Of a stretch of DNA of 64,000 bases, positions 1-8,063 are shown one piece after another; the first letter of the stretch is position 1, and every line of letters begins with the position of its first letter. Position numbers and translations under genes: made by a program. Origin of the DNA: Verrucomicrobiota bacterium (lineage in GTDB: Bacteria > Verrucomicrobiota > Verrucomicrobiia > Limisphaerales > JACPZS01). The notes beneath the pieces are model-generated. The model made no database searches. It saw only the letters and a list, made by a program, of their open reading frames with translations, and had not been told where the DNA came from. Where the stretch lies: positions 32,507 to 96,506 of the forward strand of contig JACPZS010000039.1 in the NCBI GenBank assembly GCA_016195385.1, given 5' to 3'.

Positions 1-1389
1 CACGGCACACTTGCGGCAGATTTTCCGCACGAGACGCTGGGCCATCAATGCGCGCGTCGAGGAAGCCACGAGGAACGGTTTCACGCCGATGTCGATCAAA
101 CGCGTCACCGCGCTGGGCGCGTCGTTCGTGTGCAGCGTGGAGAAAACGAGGTGCCCGGTCAGTGATGCGTTGATGGCGATAGTGGCTGTTTCCAAGTCGC
201 GAATTTCCCCCAGCATGATCACGTTCGGCGCCTGGCGGAGCATTGAACGGAGCGCCGCCCCGAACGTGAACCCGATGATTTCGCTGACTTGCACCTGATT
301 GATGCCGGCCAGTTGATATTCCACCGGGTCTTCCACGGTGATGATCTTGCGGTCGGGTCGATTGATGTAATTCAGACACGAGTAAAGCGTCGTTGTTTTT
401 CCCGAACCGGTCGGCCCGGTAACAAGCAAGATTCCGTCAGGCAAACCGATCAGTCGCTCGAACGTCTGCTGGTCATCCGTAAAAAATCCCAGTTCCGCCA
501 AGCCGAGGCGCAATCCTTCTTTGTCAAGAATACGCATCACGATGCTTTCGCCGTGATTCGTCGGGAGGCAGGACACGCGCAAGTCAATCGTCTTGCCGCC
601 GACGTTCGTTTGGATGCGTCCGTCCTGCGGGATGCGCTTTTCCGCGATCGACATGTTCGACTGGATTTTCAGGCGGCTGATGATGGACGCTTGCAGGCGT
701 TTGGGCGGGTTTTTCATCTCGTGCAACACGCCGTCAATGCGATAGCGCACGCGAAAAGTTTTCTCCATCGGCTCCAGGTGAATGTCCGAGGCGCGCAATT
801 TAAACGCATCGACAATCAAGCCGTTGACCAGTTTGATGATCGGCGCATCGGCATCGACGGTCTGACCGTCATCCACCGTCACCCCTGTGCCCACCGTGCC
901 GATCTGGACCTCTCCCTCCGTGATGTCCTGAATCATCTTCCCAACGGAATCATCCTTCGCACCGTAGTAGCGATTGATGGCGGTCTCGATGTCATCCTTG
1001 GTGGCCACGCGAATCTCGACTTCCTTGCCGAGCACATGCTTCAAACCATCAATGGTGTCCAAATCGGACGGATCGGCAATCGCGATGATAACGCGATCTT
1101 GTTCCACGGCCACTGGGACGACGTTATACTTCTTGGCCACGTGGCGCGGCACGGCGGCAATGACGTCGTCGGCCAGTTTCACGCCGGTCAACTCAACCAT
1201 TTCCGCGCCAAAATTTGCGGCCTTGGCGCGGGTCACATCCACTGCGGTCAAAATGCCCTTGGCGATAAGTGTGTCGAGCACGCCCTCGCCGGTCTCATCG
1301 GCTTCGCCACGCACCGAAGCCACCTGCTCATGGGTGAGCACGCCGATGTCGATCAGGCCATCTATCAAATAATCGTCCGTTGACGCCAC
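1..1389 (-). CDS. pilB: GspE/PilB family type II secretion / type IV pilus assembly ATPase (runs off window start)
   Basis: Manual minus-strand translation: GTG start at 1389 (MASTDDYLIDGLIDIG), Walker A LVTGPTGSGKTTTLY near 380-425, ITVEDPVEY and LRQAPNVIMLGEIRD motifs. Not in the ORF track because no stop lies in the window. Confidence 0.9.
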   Translation of the reverse strand, partial: MASTDDYLIDGLIDIGVLTHEQVASVRGEADETGEGVLDTLIAKGILTAVDVTRAKAANFGAEMVELTGVKLADDVIAAVPRHVAKKYNVVPVAVEQDRVIIAIADPSDLDTIDGLKHVLGKEVEIRVATKDDIETAINRYYGAKDDSVGKMIQDITEGEVQIGTVGTGVTVDDGQTVDADAPIIKLVNGLIVDAFKLRASDIHLEPMEKTFRVRYRIDGVLHEMKNPPKRLQASIISRLKIQSNMSIAEKRIPQDGRIQTNVGGKTIDLRVSCLPTNHGESIVMRILDKEGLRLGLAELGFFTDDQQTFERLIGLPDGILLVTGPTGSGKTTTLYSCLNYINRPDRKIITVEDPVEYQLAGINQVQVSEIIGFTFGAALRSMLRQAPNVIMLGEIRDLETATIAINASLTGHLVFSTLHTNDAPSAVTRLIDIGVKPFLVASSTRALMAQRLVRKICRKCAV

Positions 1390-1561
1390 AGTTTGCCTTT
1401 CGTTTCCGTCAGGAAATTTGCACTAGGAAATCGGGAAAATAGTACCGGTCATCGCCTCGTTGTCAAACGCGGACGCGAAGATTCTCACCGTCCGTGGAAT
1501 TTTTCTCCGACAAACCAATTGAATTCATACTGTTACCTGACAAACTCCAAGCCATTACGTT

Positions 1562-2143
1562 ATGGCTGAAAATTCAAACTCGCCGGGCCTGGCCTGGCTC
1601 TATTTCTCGCTCCTCACGGTTTTCTCGTGGGGCGTTTATGGTGTCATTCTGCACAAAGGTCGGAGCCTCATGCCGGACGTTTCGCCCCCCGGGCCGGAGG
1701 TGGCCAACGCAGGACTAAAAGCGTTTCTGTTCGTCGGCGTGGCGTATTTTGTCGTCGCCGTCCTTGGCCCCATCGTCGTGCTCATGCAGCGCGGCACGAA
1801 CTGGAGCCTCACTGGCAACGGCGTCACATGGAGCTTCATCGCGGGCGTGGCCGGCGCGCTGGGCGCGTTCACGCTGGTGCTCGCGCTGGGTGCCGCCGCA
1901 GCGATTTACAAGGCCGCCGCACCAGCGGCCGTGATGCCGATTGTGTTCGCGGGCGCGCCCATCGTGAACACCATCACCGCGCTGCTGCTGCATCCTCCCA
2001 AAAACGGCTTCAAATCCCTGCCCTGGCAATTCCTGCTCGGCTGCGCGCTCGCGGCGTGCGGTGCCTTTCTCGTGGCCAAATTCGCGCCCACCAACGTCGG
2101 TGCTCCGCCAAAACACGCCGCCACCACCACGCCAGCCAAGTAA
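1562..2143 (+). CDS. Integral membrane protein (EamA/DMT-like, about 5 TM)
   Basis: 193 aa with hydrophobic helices, WGVYGVILH and VMPIVFAGAPIVNT motifs. Confidence 0.7.
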   Translation: MAENSNSPGLAWLYFSLLTVFSWGVYGVILHKGRSLMPDVSPPGPEVANAGLKAFLFVGVAYFVVAVLGPIVVLMQRGTNWSLTGNGVTWSFIAGVAGALGAFTLVLALGAAAAIYKAAAPAAVMPIVFAGAPIVNTITALLLHPPKNGFKSLPWQFLLGCALAACGAFLVAKFAPTNVGAPPKHAATTTPAK

Positions 2144-2173
2144 GCGCGATGTTAGACGGCGTTCGCATCTCGC

Positions 2174-3055
2174 ATGAATCGGAGCGCATCACACTGGAAA
2201 GTTGGTTTGTATGTCGCAGGAGTCGTCGCTGCGGCGTGGTTGTGGTTCTGGATTCTCAAGCTGGGCCTTCGGCTGGGCGAGTGGGCGGCCATTACGGTGC
2301 TGATGTGGATTCCCGGACTGTTGTCGATTCTCTTTCGCGTGGTGTTCAAGGAGGGTTTCGGTGATGTCGGGTGGAGGGTTGGCAAGGCGCGGTTCTGGTT
2401 GTGGGCTTACCTTGGGCCACTGGGCTTGGCCTCGTTCTCCATCATGCTGGCTCTGCTTTTCGGGAGAGTGACACTGGCTCCTCATTTACAGGATCAAACA
2501 ATGCTGGACGCTTTATTCTTCAAGCTTTCCTGGCCGATGCGCGATTCATCCACCGCCGGCTTGCTGTGGCAGCGATTTCTTTCGGTCGCTTTGATTGGCA
2601 TAGTGCCAGGATTCTTTTGCGCTTTCGGCGAGGAGTTGGGCTGGCGCGGTTATCTGCTGCCCCGACTGATGCAGGCTGGCTGGCCATATCCACTGTTGCT
2701 CAGCGGTCTTGTCTGGGGCATTTGGCATTTTCCATTCATCATGTTGACTGGCTACGCACACGGGGCCGTGGCTTTATCTCTCCTCATGTTTACGTTGCTG
2801 ACCGTTTTGGTTGGAGTCTTCATCGGTTGGCTGCGTCTGGCGTCAGGCAGCATTTTCGTTGCGGCGATGGCGCACGCGTCCTTCAATGCGTTTGTTCAGA
2901 GTTTCTTCGGTGCTTCTTTTGATGCGGATAAAGCATGGTTTTTGATTGGCGATTACGGAGTTTTGACGCTTATCCCTTACGGATTGCTGGGCGCATGGCT
3001 TTACTGGTCGAGGAGAGTTGAGGCGGTGTCGGTGGAGCATGCGGTGGCACCATGA
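2174..3055 (+). CDS. CPBP (CAAX protease/Abi) family intramembrane metalloprotease
   Basis: GEELGWRGYL, WGIWHFP and AMAHASFN motifs; multi-TM. Confidence 0.9.
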   Translation: MNRSASHWKVGLYVAGVVAAAWLWFWILKLGLRLGEWAAITVLMWIPGLLSILFRVVFKEGFGDVGWRVGKARFWLWAYLGPLGLASFSIMLALLFGRVTLAPHLQDQTMLDALFFKLSWPMRDSSTAGLLWQRFLSVALIGIVPGFFCAFGEELGWRGYLLPRLMQAGWPYPLLLSGLVWGIWHFPFIMLTGYAHGAVALSLLMFTLLTVLVGVFIGWLRLASGSIFVAAMAHASFNAFVQSFFGASFDADKAWFLIGDYGVLTLIPYGLLGAWLYWSRRVEAVSVEHAVAP

Positions 3056-3249
3056 AGACTTCACTTGCTGCGCTCCGAACCGCCGACTGGCTCTACCTTC
3101 AACTGGCATGGACAATTTAATTATCAAAATTTCGCCCCACATTCACGGCCCGGTGGCCGTTGAGCTTAGGCCGATCCGTGATCAGCCGGAAGCAGGACGA
3201 AGATTTTTCCACAGCAGATTTGCTGTAGTTCATTTCGTCTGAAACGAAA

Positions 3250-4524
3250 ATGCCCGCCATCGCCGAACAGCTTGCGCAACTGCAAACTCTGCTCGCCTCA
3301 CTTCGAGCGAACCCATTTTACAGACGCAAGCTGACAGGCACGGGCGTGCTTGATGGCACAACGAGCGTCCAGGATTTCACCGCGCGCTGCCCGTTCACAA
3401 CCAAAGCCGAGCTGCTCGCCGACCAAGCGGCGCACCTGCCTTATGGCACGAATCTCACCTTCGCGCGCGAATGCTACACGCGCTGCCATCAAACCAGCGG
3501 CAGCGGTGGCGCGCCGTTGCGCTGGCTCGACACACCCGAAAGCTGGGATTGGATGCTGGGCAATTGGGAGCAAATTTACGGAGCCGCCGGTGTGACACGC
3601 GCCGACCGGATTTTTTTTGCGTTCTCCTTCGGTCCGTTCCTCGGGTTCTGGACGGCGTTTGAAGCCGCGCTGAAGTTGGGCTGCCTCTGTTTGCCCGGGG
3701 GCGGACTCGGCAGCGCGGCCCGACTGCGGGCGATGATCGAAAATGAAGCCACTGTCCTTTGCTGCACGCCCACGTACGCCATCCGTCTCGCCGAAGTTGC
3801 TCGCGAAGAAAAAATCGATCCGACGACGCTTCGCATTAAGAAGATCATCGTCGCCGGCGAACCGGGCGGCAGCGTGCCTGCGGTGCGCGCGCGGATTGAA
3901 CAACTCTGGCCCGGCGCGCGCGTGTGGGATCACCACGGCATGACGGAAGTCGGCCCCGTCACTTACGAATGCCCCGCCCGACCGGGCGTGCTGCATGTCA
4001 TCGAGAATTCTTACCTCGCTGAAATCGTTCATCCCGCGACGGGCCAGCCGGCCGCCGTCGGCGAAACTGGTGAACTGATTTTGACGACCCTCGGTCGCAT
4101 CGGCTCGCCCTTGCTTCGTTATCGTACGGGCGACCTGGTAAAAGCCGCTTCCCGTACTGATGTACCATGCGTCTGCGGCCGGCACGAACTCGCACTCGAA
4201 GGCGGGATTCTTGCGCGCACCGATGACATGCTCGTCGTGCGCGGCGTGAACATTTACCCGGCCGCCGTCGAGGAAATCATCCACCGCACCGGACAGGTCG
4301 CCGAATACCAGGTCGAGGTGCGCACGCAAGCCGCGCTCACTGAATTGCTCGTGCGCGTCGAACCACGCGCCGCGAGCGTGGACGCCGTCGCGCTGGCGCA
4401 AGAACTTGCCCGAGATTTTCAAATCGCCTTCGCGCTCCGCATCCCCGTCGAAGTTGTAGCCCCCGGCTCATTGCCGCGTTTCGAGATGAAAGCCAGGCGA
4501 TGGCTTCGAATCGGAGCTCGTTAA
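3250..4524 (+). CDS. paaK: Phenylacetate-CoA ligase family (AMP-binding) protein
   Basis: PFTTKAEL, HQTSGSGG, HHGMTEVG, LLRYRTGD, VRGVNIYP motifs. Confidence 0.85.
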   Translation: MPAIAEQLAQLQTLLASLRANPFYRRKLTGTGVLDGTTSVQDFTARCPFTTKAELLADQAAHLPYGTNLTFARECYTRCHQTSGSGGAPLRWLDTPESWDWMLGNWEQIYGAAGVTRADRIFFAFSFGPFLGFWTAFEAALKLGCLCLPGGGLGSAARLRAMIENEATVLCCTPTYAIRLAEVAREEKIDPTTLRIKKIIVAGEPGGSVPAVRARIEQLWPGARVWDHHGMTEVGPVTYECPARPGVLHVIENSYLAEIVHPATGQPAAVGETGELILTTLGRIGSPLLRYRTGDLVKAASRTDVPCVCGRHELALEGGILARTDDMLVVRGVNIYPAAVEEIIHRTGQVAEYQVEVRTQAALTELLVRVEPRAASVDAVALAQELARDFQIAFALRIPVEVVAPGSLPRFEMKARRWLRIGAR

Positions 4525-4629
4525 AGTTGCGCGGGAAGCTTGAGCCGCAAATCGTCACGCATTCCGTGCCGACACACCGCGACTGGAAAAACGAACGCCC
4601 TCAGCGCCGCGACCCATTATTTCTCGTCG

Positions 4630-5700
4630 CTAAATTTTCACCTTGAATTGTTCGTTGCGCCGGAGCGAAGCCGCAAACGCCGCCATGAGTTCGGGAATTT
4701 TTTCCAAATCCTTCAGGCTGACCAACTCGACCGGCGAGTGCATGTAACGGTTGGGCAGGCTGAGGAGCGCGCTGGGAATCCCGCCGCGCGTCCAGAAAAT
4801 TACGTCGGTGTCCGTGCCACTGGTCGCGGACATCGCCTCGTGCTGCAACGTGATCTTTTTTTGCTTCGCCAATATTTCCAGCCGACTGACCACTTCGCGA
4901 TGATTGCAAGCGCCGTGCGTCAGCGTCGGCCCGCGCCCGATCTTGATGTCCCCGTGTTGCGCCTTGCTGACGGTCGGATAGTCGGTGGCATGCGTTACAT
5001 CCACGACGAGCGCGACATCCGGCTTGAGCGAGTAGGCGATCTGCCGCGCGCCGAACAGGCCGACTTCCTCCATGATGTTCGAGACGGCGCAAACTTCGCA
5101 CCGCAGCTTCGTCTTCGCCTCGCGCAAAAGGCGCAGTGTCTCGGCCACGGCGAACGTGCCGATGCGGTTGTCGAATGCCCGCGCAATCGCAAGATCATCG
5201 CGCAGTAATTCAAACTGGTCGTTCAGCGTGATTGGATCGCCGACCTGAATCAATTTCTCCGCCTCCTTGCGGCTGCCCACGCCGATGTCGATGAAAATTT
5301 CGTGAATCTTCGGCGGCTTGGGATCACTCTCTTGCTTGGTCAAGTGCGGCGCGACATTGCCGACGACGCCTTTCACGGGACCGCGCGTCGTGTGAATCAA
5401 AACGCGCTGCGCTTTCGTGATCGCCGCGTCCACTCCGCCGAGCTTGCGCACGTACACAAAGCCGTCGTCGTCGATGTAATTCACGGCCATCGCGATTTCG
5501 TCGGCGTGGGCGGCGAGCATGAGGCGCGGGCCGCCGCCTTTGTTCAGTAGGGCGACGGCGTTGCCGTAGGCGTCGGAAAAAGTTTCGTCCGCGAATGGCG
5601 CGACGTAATCGAGCCACACACGTTGCCCGCGCGCTTCGTGGCCGGACGGGCTGGGAGTGTTGACCAGTTTTTCCAGGAACTTGAGTGATTCAGTGCGCAT
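4630..5700 (-). CDS. M42 family metallo-aminopeptidase
   Basis: PSPSGHE, AHADEI, AFDNRIG, MEEVG, VDVT, GTDTD and YMHSPVE motifs. Confidence 0.92.
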   Translation of the reverse strand: MRTESLKFLEKLVNTPSPSGHEARGQRVWLDYVAPFADETFSDAYGNAVALLNKGGGPRLMLAAHADEIAMAVNYIDDDGFVYVRKLGGVDAAITKAQRVLIHTTRGPVKGVVGNVAPHLTKQESDPKPPKIHEIFIDIGVGSRKEAEKLIQVGDPITLNDQFELLRDDLAIARAFDNRIGTFAVAETLRLLREAKTKLRCEVCAVSNIMEEVGLFGARQIAYSLKPDVALVVDVTHATDYPTVSKAQHGDIKIGRGPTLTHGACNHREVVSRLEILAKQKKITLQHEAMSATSGTDTDVIFWTRGGIPSALLSLPNRYMHSPVELVSLKDLEKIPELMAAFAASLRRNEQFKVKI

Positions 5701-5770
5701 GGAGGAAATTTAGGCGAGTTAACCGGAGGCTCCAAGCGCAAACGGCAAACCTGCTCTTTGCGGTCAGCGC

Positions 5771-8035
5771 TCAAAGTCCTTTGAGGCGGAAAAACTGCGG
5801 TTGATTCGTCGCACGAATCGTCACCAGGTTTTGACTGGCGGCGATGACGGGCGTCGCGTCGGCGTTCGTCCACTGGACCGGCGACGTGAGCGAAGCAGCG
5901 ACTTGAAGAATGAAGGCCTTGCTCGTAAGCGGCCAGGAAACCTGGAACTCGTTGAGGATGTCGGCGCGGATCGAAAGCGCCGGCGGCGTCTGCAATCGCC
6001 AGTTCAAAATCACCTCGCCCATCGGCGGCGCATCGCGGTTCACGTCCGGAAAAATCTTGCCATCCACCGCGATGAAATAAGTTGCGTTCACAAGCGCGGA
6101 AAACTCAAGTCGGCTGTTCAAGTTGGTTGCCGTGTCGTCGTTGGCGGCGATCAAATTCAGCGCTGCAACATTCGTCCCCACATAGATCGCCAGCAATGTA
6201 TCGAACGCCGTGCCCGCCGTGTCAAAGGTCGCGGCCCCGCTTTGCGGACACACCCAGCGAAACCAAATCGATGCGCCGCCGGCGTTGCCCGCGTGGCGCG
6301 GTTCGCCGGGCTGTTTGGTCGCGTTGCGGTTGTTGTTCGTTGCCGAACCGATCGCGCCCGTGATCAATCGGGCCTGCGCGAAATCATCGTTGAGCGGACT
6401 TGTGCGAAAGCTCCACGAAAAATCATCGACGGGCGTGCCTTGAGCGACGCGATTGAGATTTCCGTCGAGAGTTGCGCCGGTCACATCCGTGGCAGCGCCT
6501 GAAATTTTTACGGTGTAGTCCATCGCTGGCGCCAGCGGTGCGGCGGGTGTAAATTTCATTGTTTGATCGCCGTTCGTCCAAGCGAACGCTCCACTGACGG
6601 CTGGCGAGATCGTAAACGCATCTTCGGCGCTCGCGCGATCCATCGGCTGCGTGAACGTGACGCTCACAACCGAATTCAGCGGCGTGCGGTTGCCGTTCGG
6701 TTCCACGAAATTTACGAACACCGGACTGTTCGAAGCCACCGTTAAATTCGCAAGCGCACGGGCGATGTTCAACCGGCCGTTGGCAATCACACGGTTCGTC
6801 CAGGCCGGAATCAAATCCACGGAACCCAGCAGCGCCGCTTTCAATTCCGCCGCGGACAAGTCGGGCGCGAACCCCGCGAGCAGTGCTGCCGCGCCCGCGA
6901 CGTGCGGCGTGGCCGCCGACGTGCCGCTGAAAATGGAATACGCGCCCTGGCCCAGACCCGTCGTCCAAACGTTCACCCCCGGCGCCGCGAGGTGGACCGC
7001 GGTACGACCAAAATTGGAAAATGCGGCGACCGAGTCGTCCGTGTTCGCTGCGGCCACGCTGATGATGCTGGGCGAGTTCCACGACGCCGGAAAAAAGCGC
7101 GTAACGTCGTTGTCTCTGCTGCTGTTGCCTGCTGCGAAGATGTTCAAAATACCGAGCGCGCCGGCGGCATCAATGGCATCCTTCACCGCCGCGCCATTCT
7201 CGTCGCCGCCATAGCTGTTGTTCGTCACGCGAATGTTTACGCCGCGCTGCTTCATCGCGATGACATATTCAAAACACTCGACGAGATCGGCGTCATAGCC
7301 AAATCCATCCGGCCCGGAGTATTTCAGCGCCATGAGTTTCACTGACCAGTTGATCCCCGCGATGCCTTTGCCGTTGTTGCCCACCGCGCCGATGATGCCC
7401 GCGCACGCCGTGCCGTGGCCGCCGTCGTCAAGCGGATCGGCATCGTGGTTGTGCGCGTCGATGCCAAACACATCGTCCACGTAGCCGTTGCCGTCGTCGT
7501 CAATGCCGTTGCCGGGAATTTCGCCGGAGTTGCGCCACATGTTCGTGGCCAGATCTTCGTGCGGATAATAAATGCCCGAATCGATTACAGCGACGACTAC
7601 ATTGGAAGTCCCGGTAAATTTGTTCCACGCACTGGGCGCGCCGATGCGCGTCAGATTGATCTGTGATGAAAAATTCGGATCGTTTGGCGTCGCCAAAAGC
7701 CGGCGGCGATGATTTGGTTCCACGTCCAACACGCCACCGATTTGTTGGTACTCCGCCAAGGCTTGCAGCACAGACTTCGACGCGGGCAGGCGGACGAGTT
7801 GCCAGCCCGTCTGCGGATAAGTGCGGATGACTTGCGCGCCGACCCGCGCGTGCGGCGAGATGGAAGAACTCAACGCCGGGCTGGTGCGCAGCTTCACCAG
7901 CAGTTCCCCTTCGGCAAATTTTGCCGAATCGAGTCCGAACGCGCGCAACGGGCAGACCAAGATCGCCAACGACGCGACAACTCCAAGAAATCGTCGCACT
8001 CTGAACTTGTTTGCACGTTCGTTTCGTTTCAACAT
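5771..8035 (-). CDS. Secreted S8 subtilase with Ig-like domain and C-terminal extension
   Basis: Catalytic triad motifs AVIDSG, GHGTACAG, FSGTSAATPHVAG; Ig-like VSVTFTQPMD region. Start moved to ATG 8035 ahead of a signal-like segment (track ORF 5771..8308). Confidence 0.9.
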   Translation of the reverse strand: MLKRNERANKFRVRRFLGVVASLAILVCPLRAFGLDSAKFAEGELLVKLRTSPALSSSISPHARVGAQVIRTYPQTGWQLVRLPASKSVLQALAEYQQIGGVLDVEPNHRRRLLATPNDPNFSSQINLTRIGAPSAWNKFTGTSNVVVAVIDSGIYYPHEDLATNMWRNSGEIPGNGIDDDGNGYVDDVFGIDAHNHDADPLDDGGHGTACAGIIGAVGNNGKGIAGINWSVKLMALKYSGPDGFGYDADLVECFEYVIAMKQRGVNIRVTNNSYGGDENGAAVKDAIDAAGALGILNIFAAGNSSRDNDVTRFFPASWNSPSIISVAAANTDDSVAAFSNFGRTAVHLAAPGVNVWTTGLGQGAYSIFSGTSAATPHVAGAAALLAGFAPDLSAAELKAALLGSVDLIPAWTNRVIANGRLNIARALANLTVASNSPVFVNFVEPNGNRTPLNSVVSVTFTQPMDRASAEDAFTISPAVSGAFAWTNGDQTMKFTPAAPLAPAMDYTVKISGAATDVTGATLDGNLNRVAQGTPVDDFSWSFRTSPLNDDFAQARLITGAIGSATNNNRNATKQPGEPRHAGNAGGASIWFRWVCPQSGAATFDTAGTAFDTLLAIYVGTNVAALNLIAANDDTATNLNSRLEFSALVNATYFIAVDGKIFPDVNRDAPPMGEVILNWRLQTPPALSIRADILNEFQVSWPLTSKAFILQVAASLTSPVQWTNADATPVIAASQNLVTIRATNQPQFFRLKGL

Positions 8036-8063
8036 CGCGTCACGATAGACCGGACGAGTTTTT

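Noticed and set aside
289-1383. 364-aa plus-strand ORF and similar long antisense ORFs (e.g. 27773..29164, 38322..39572, 48842..50296)
   Set aside because: Shadow frames opposite well-supported genes, common in GC-rich DNA; no protein motifs.
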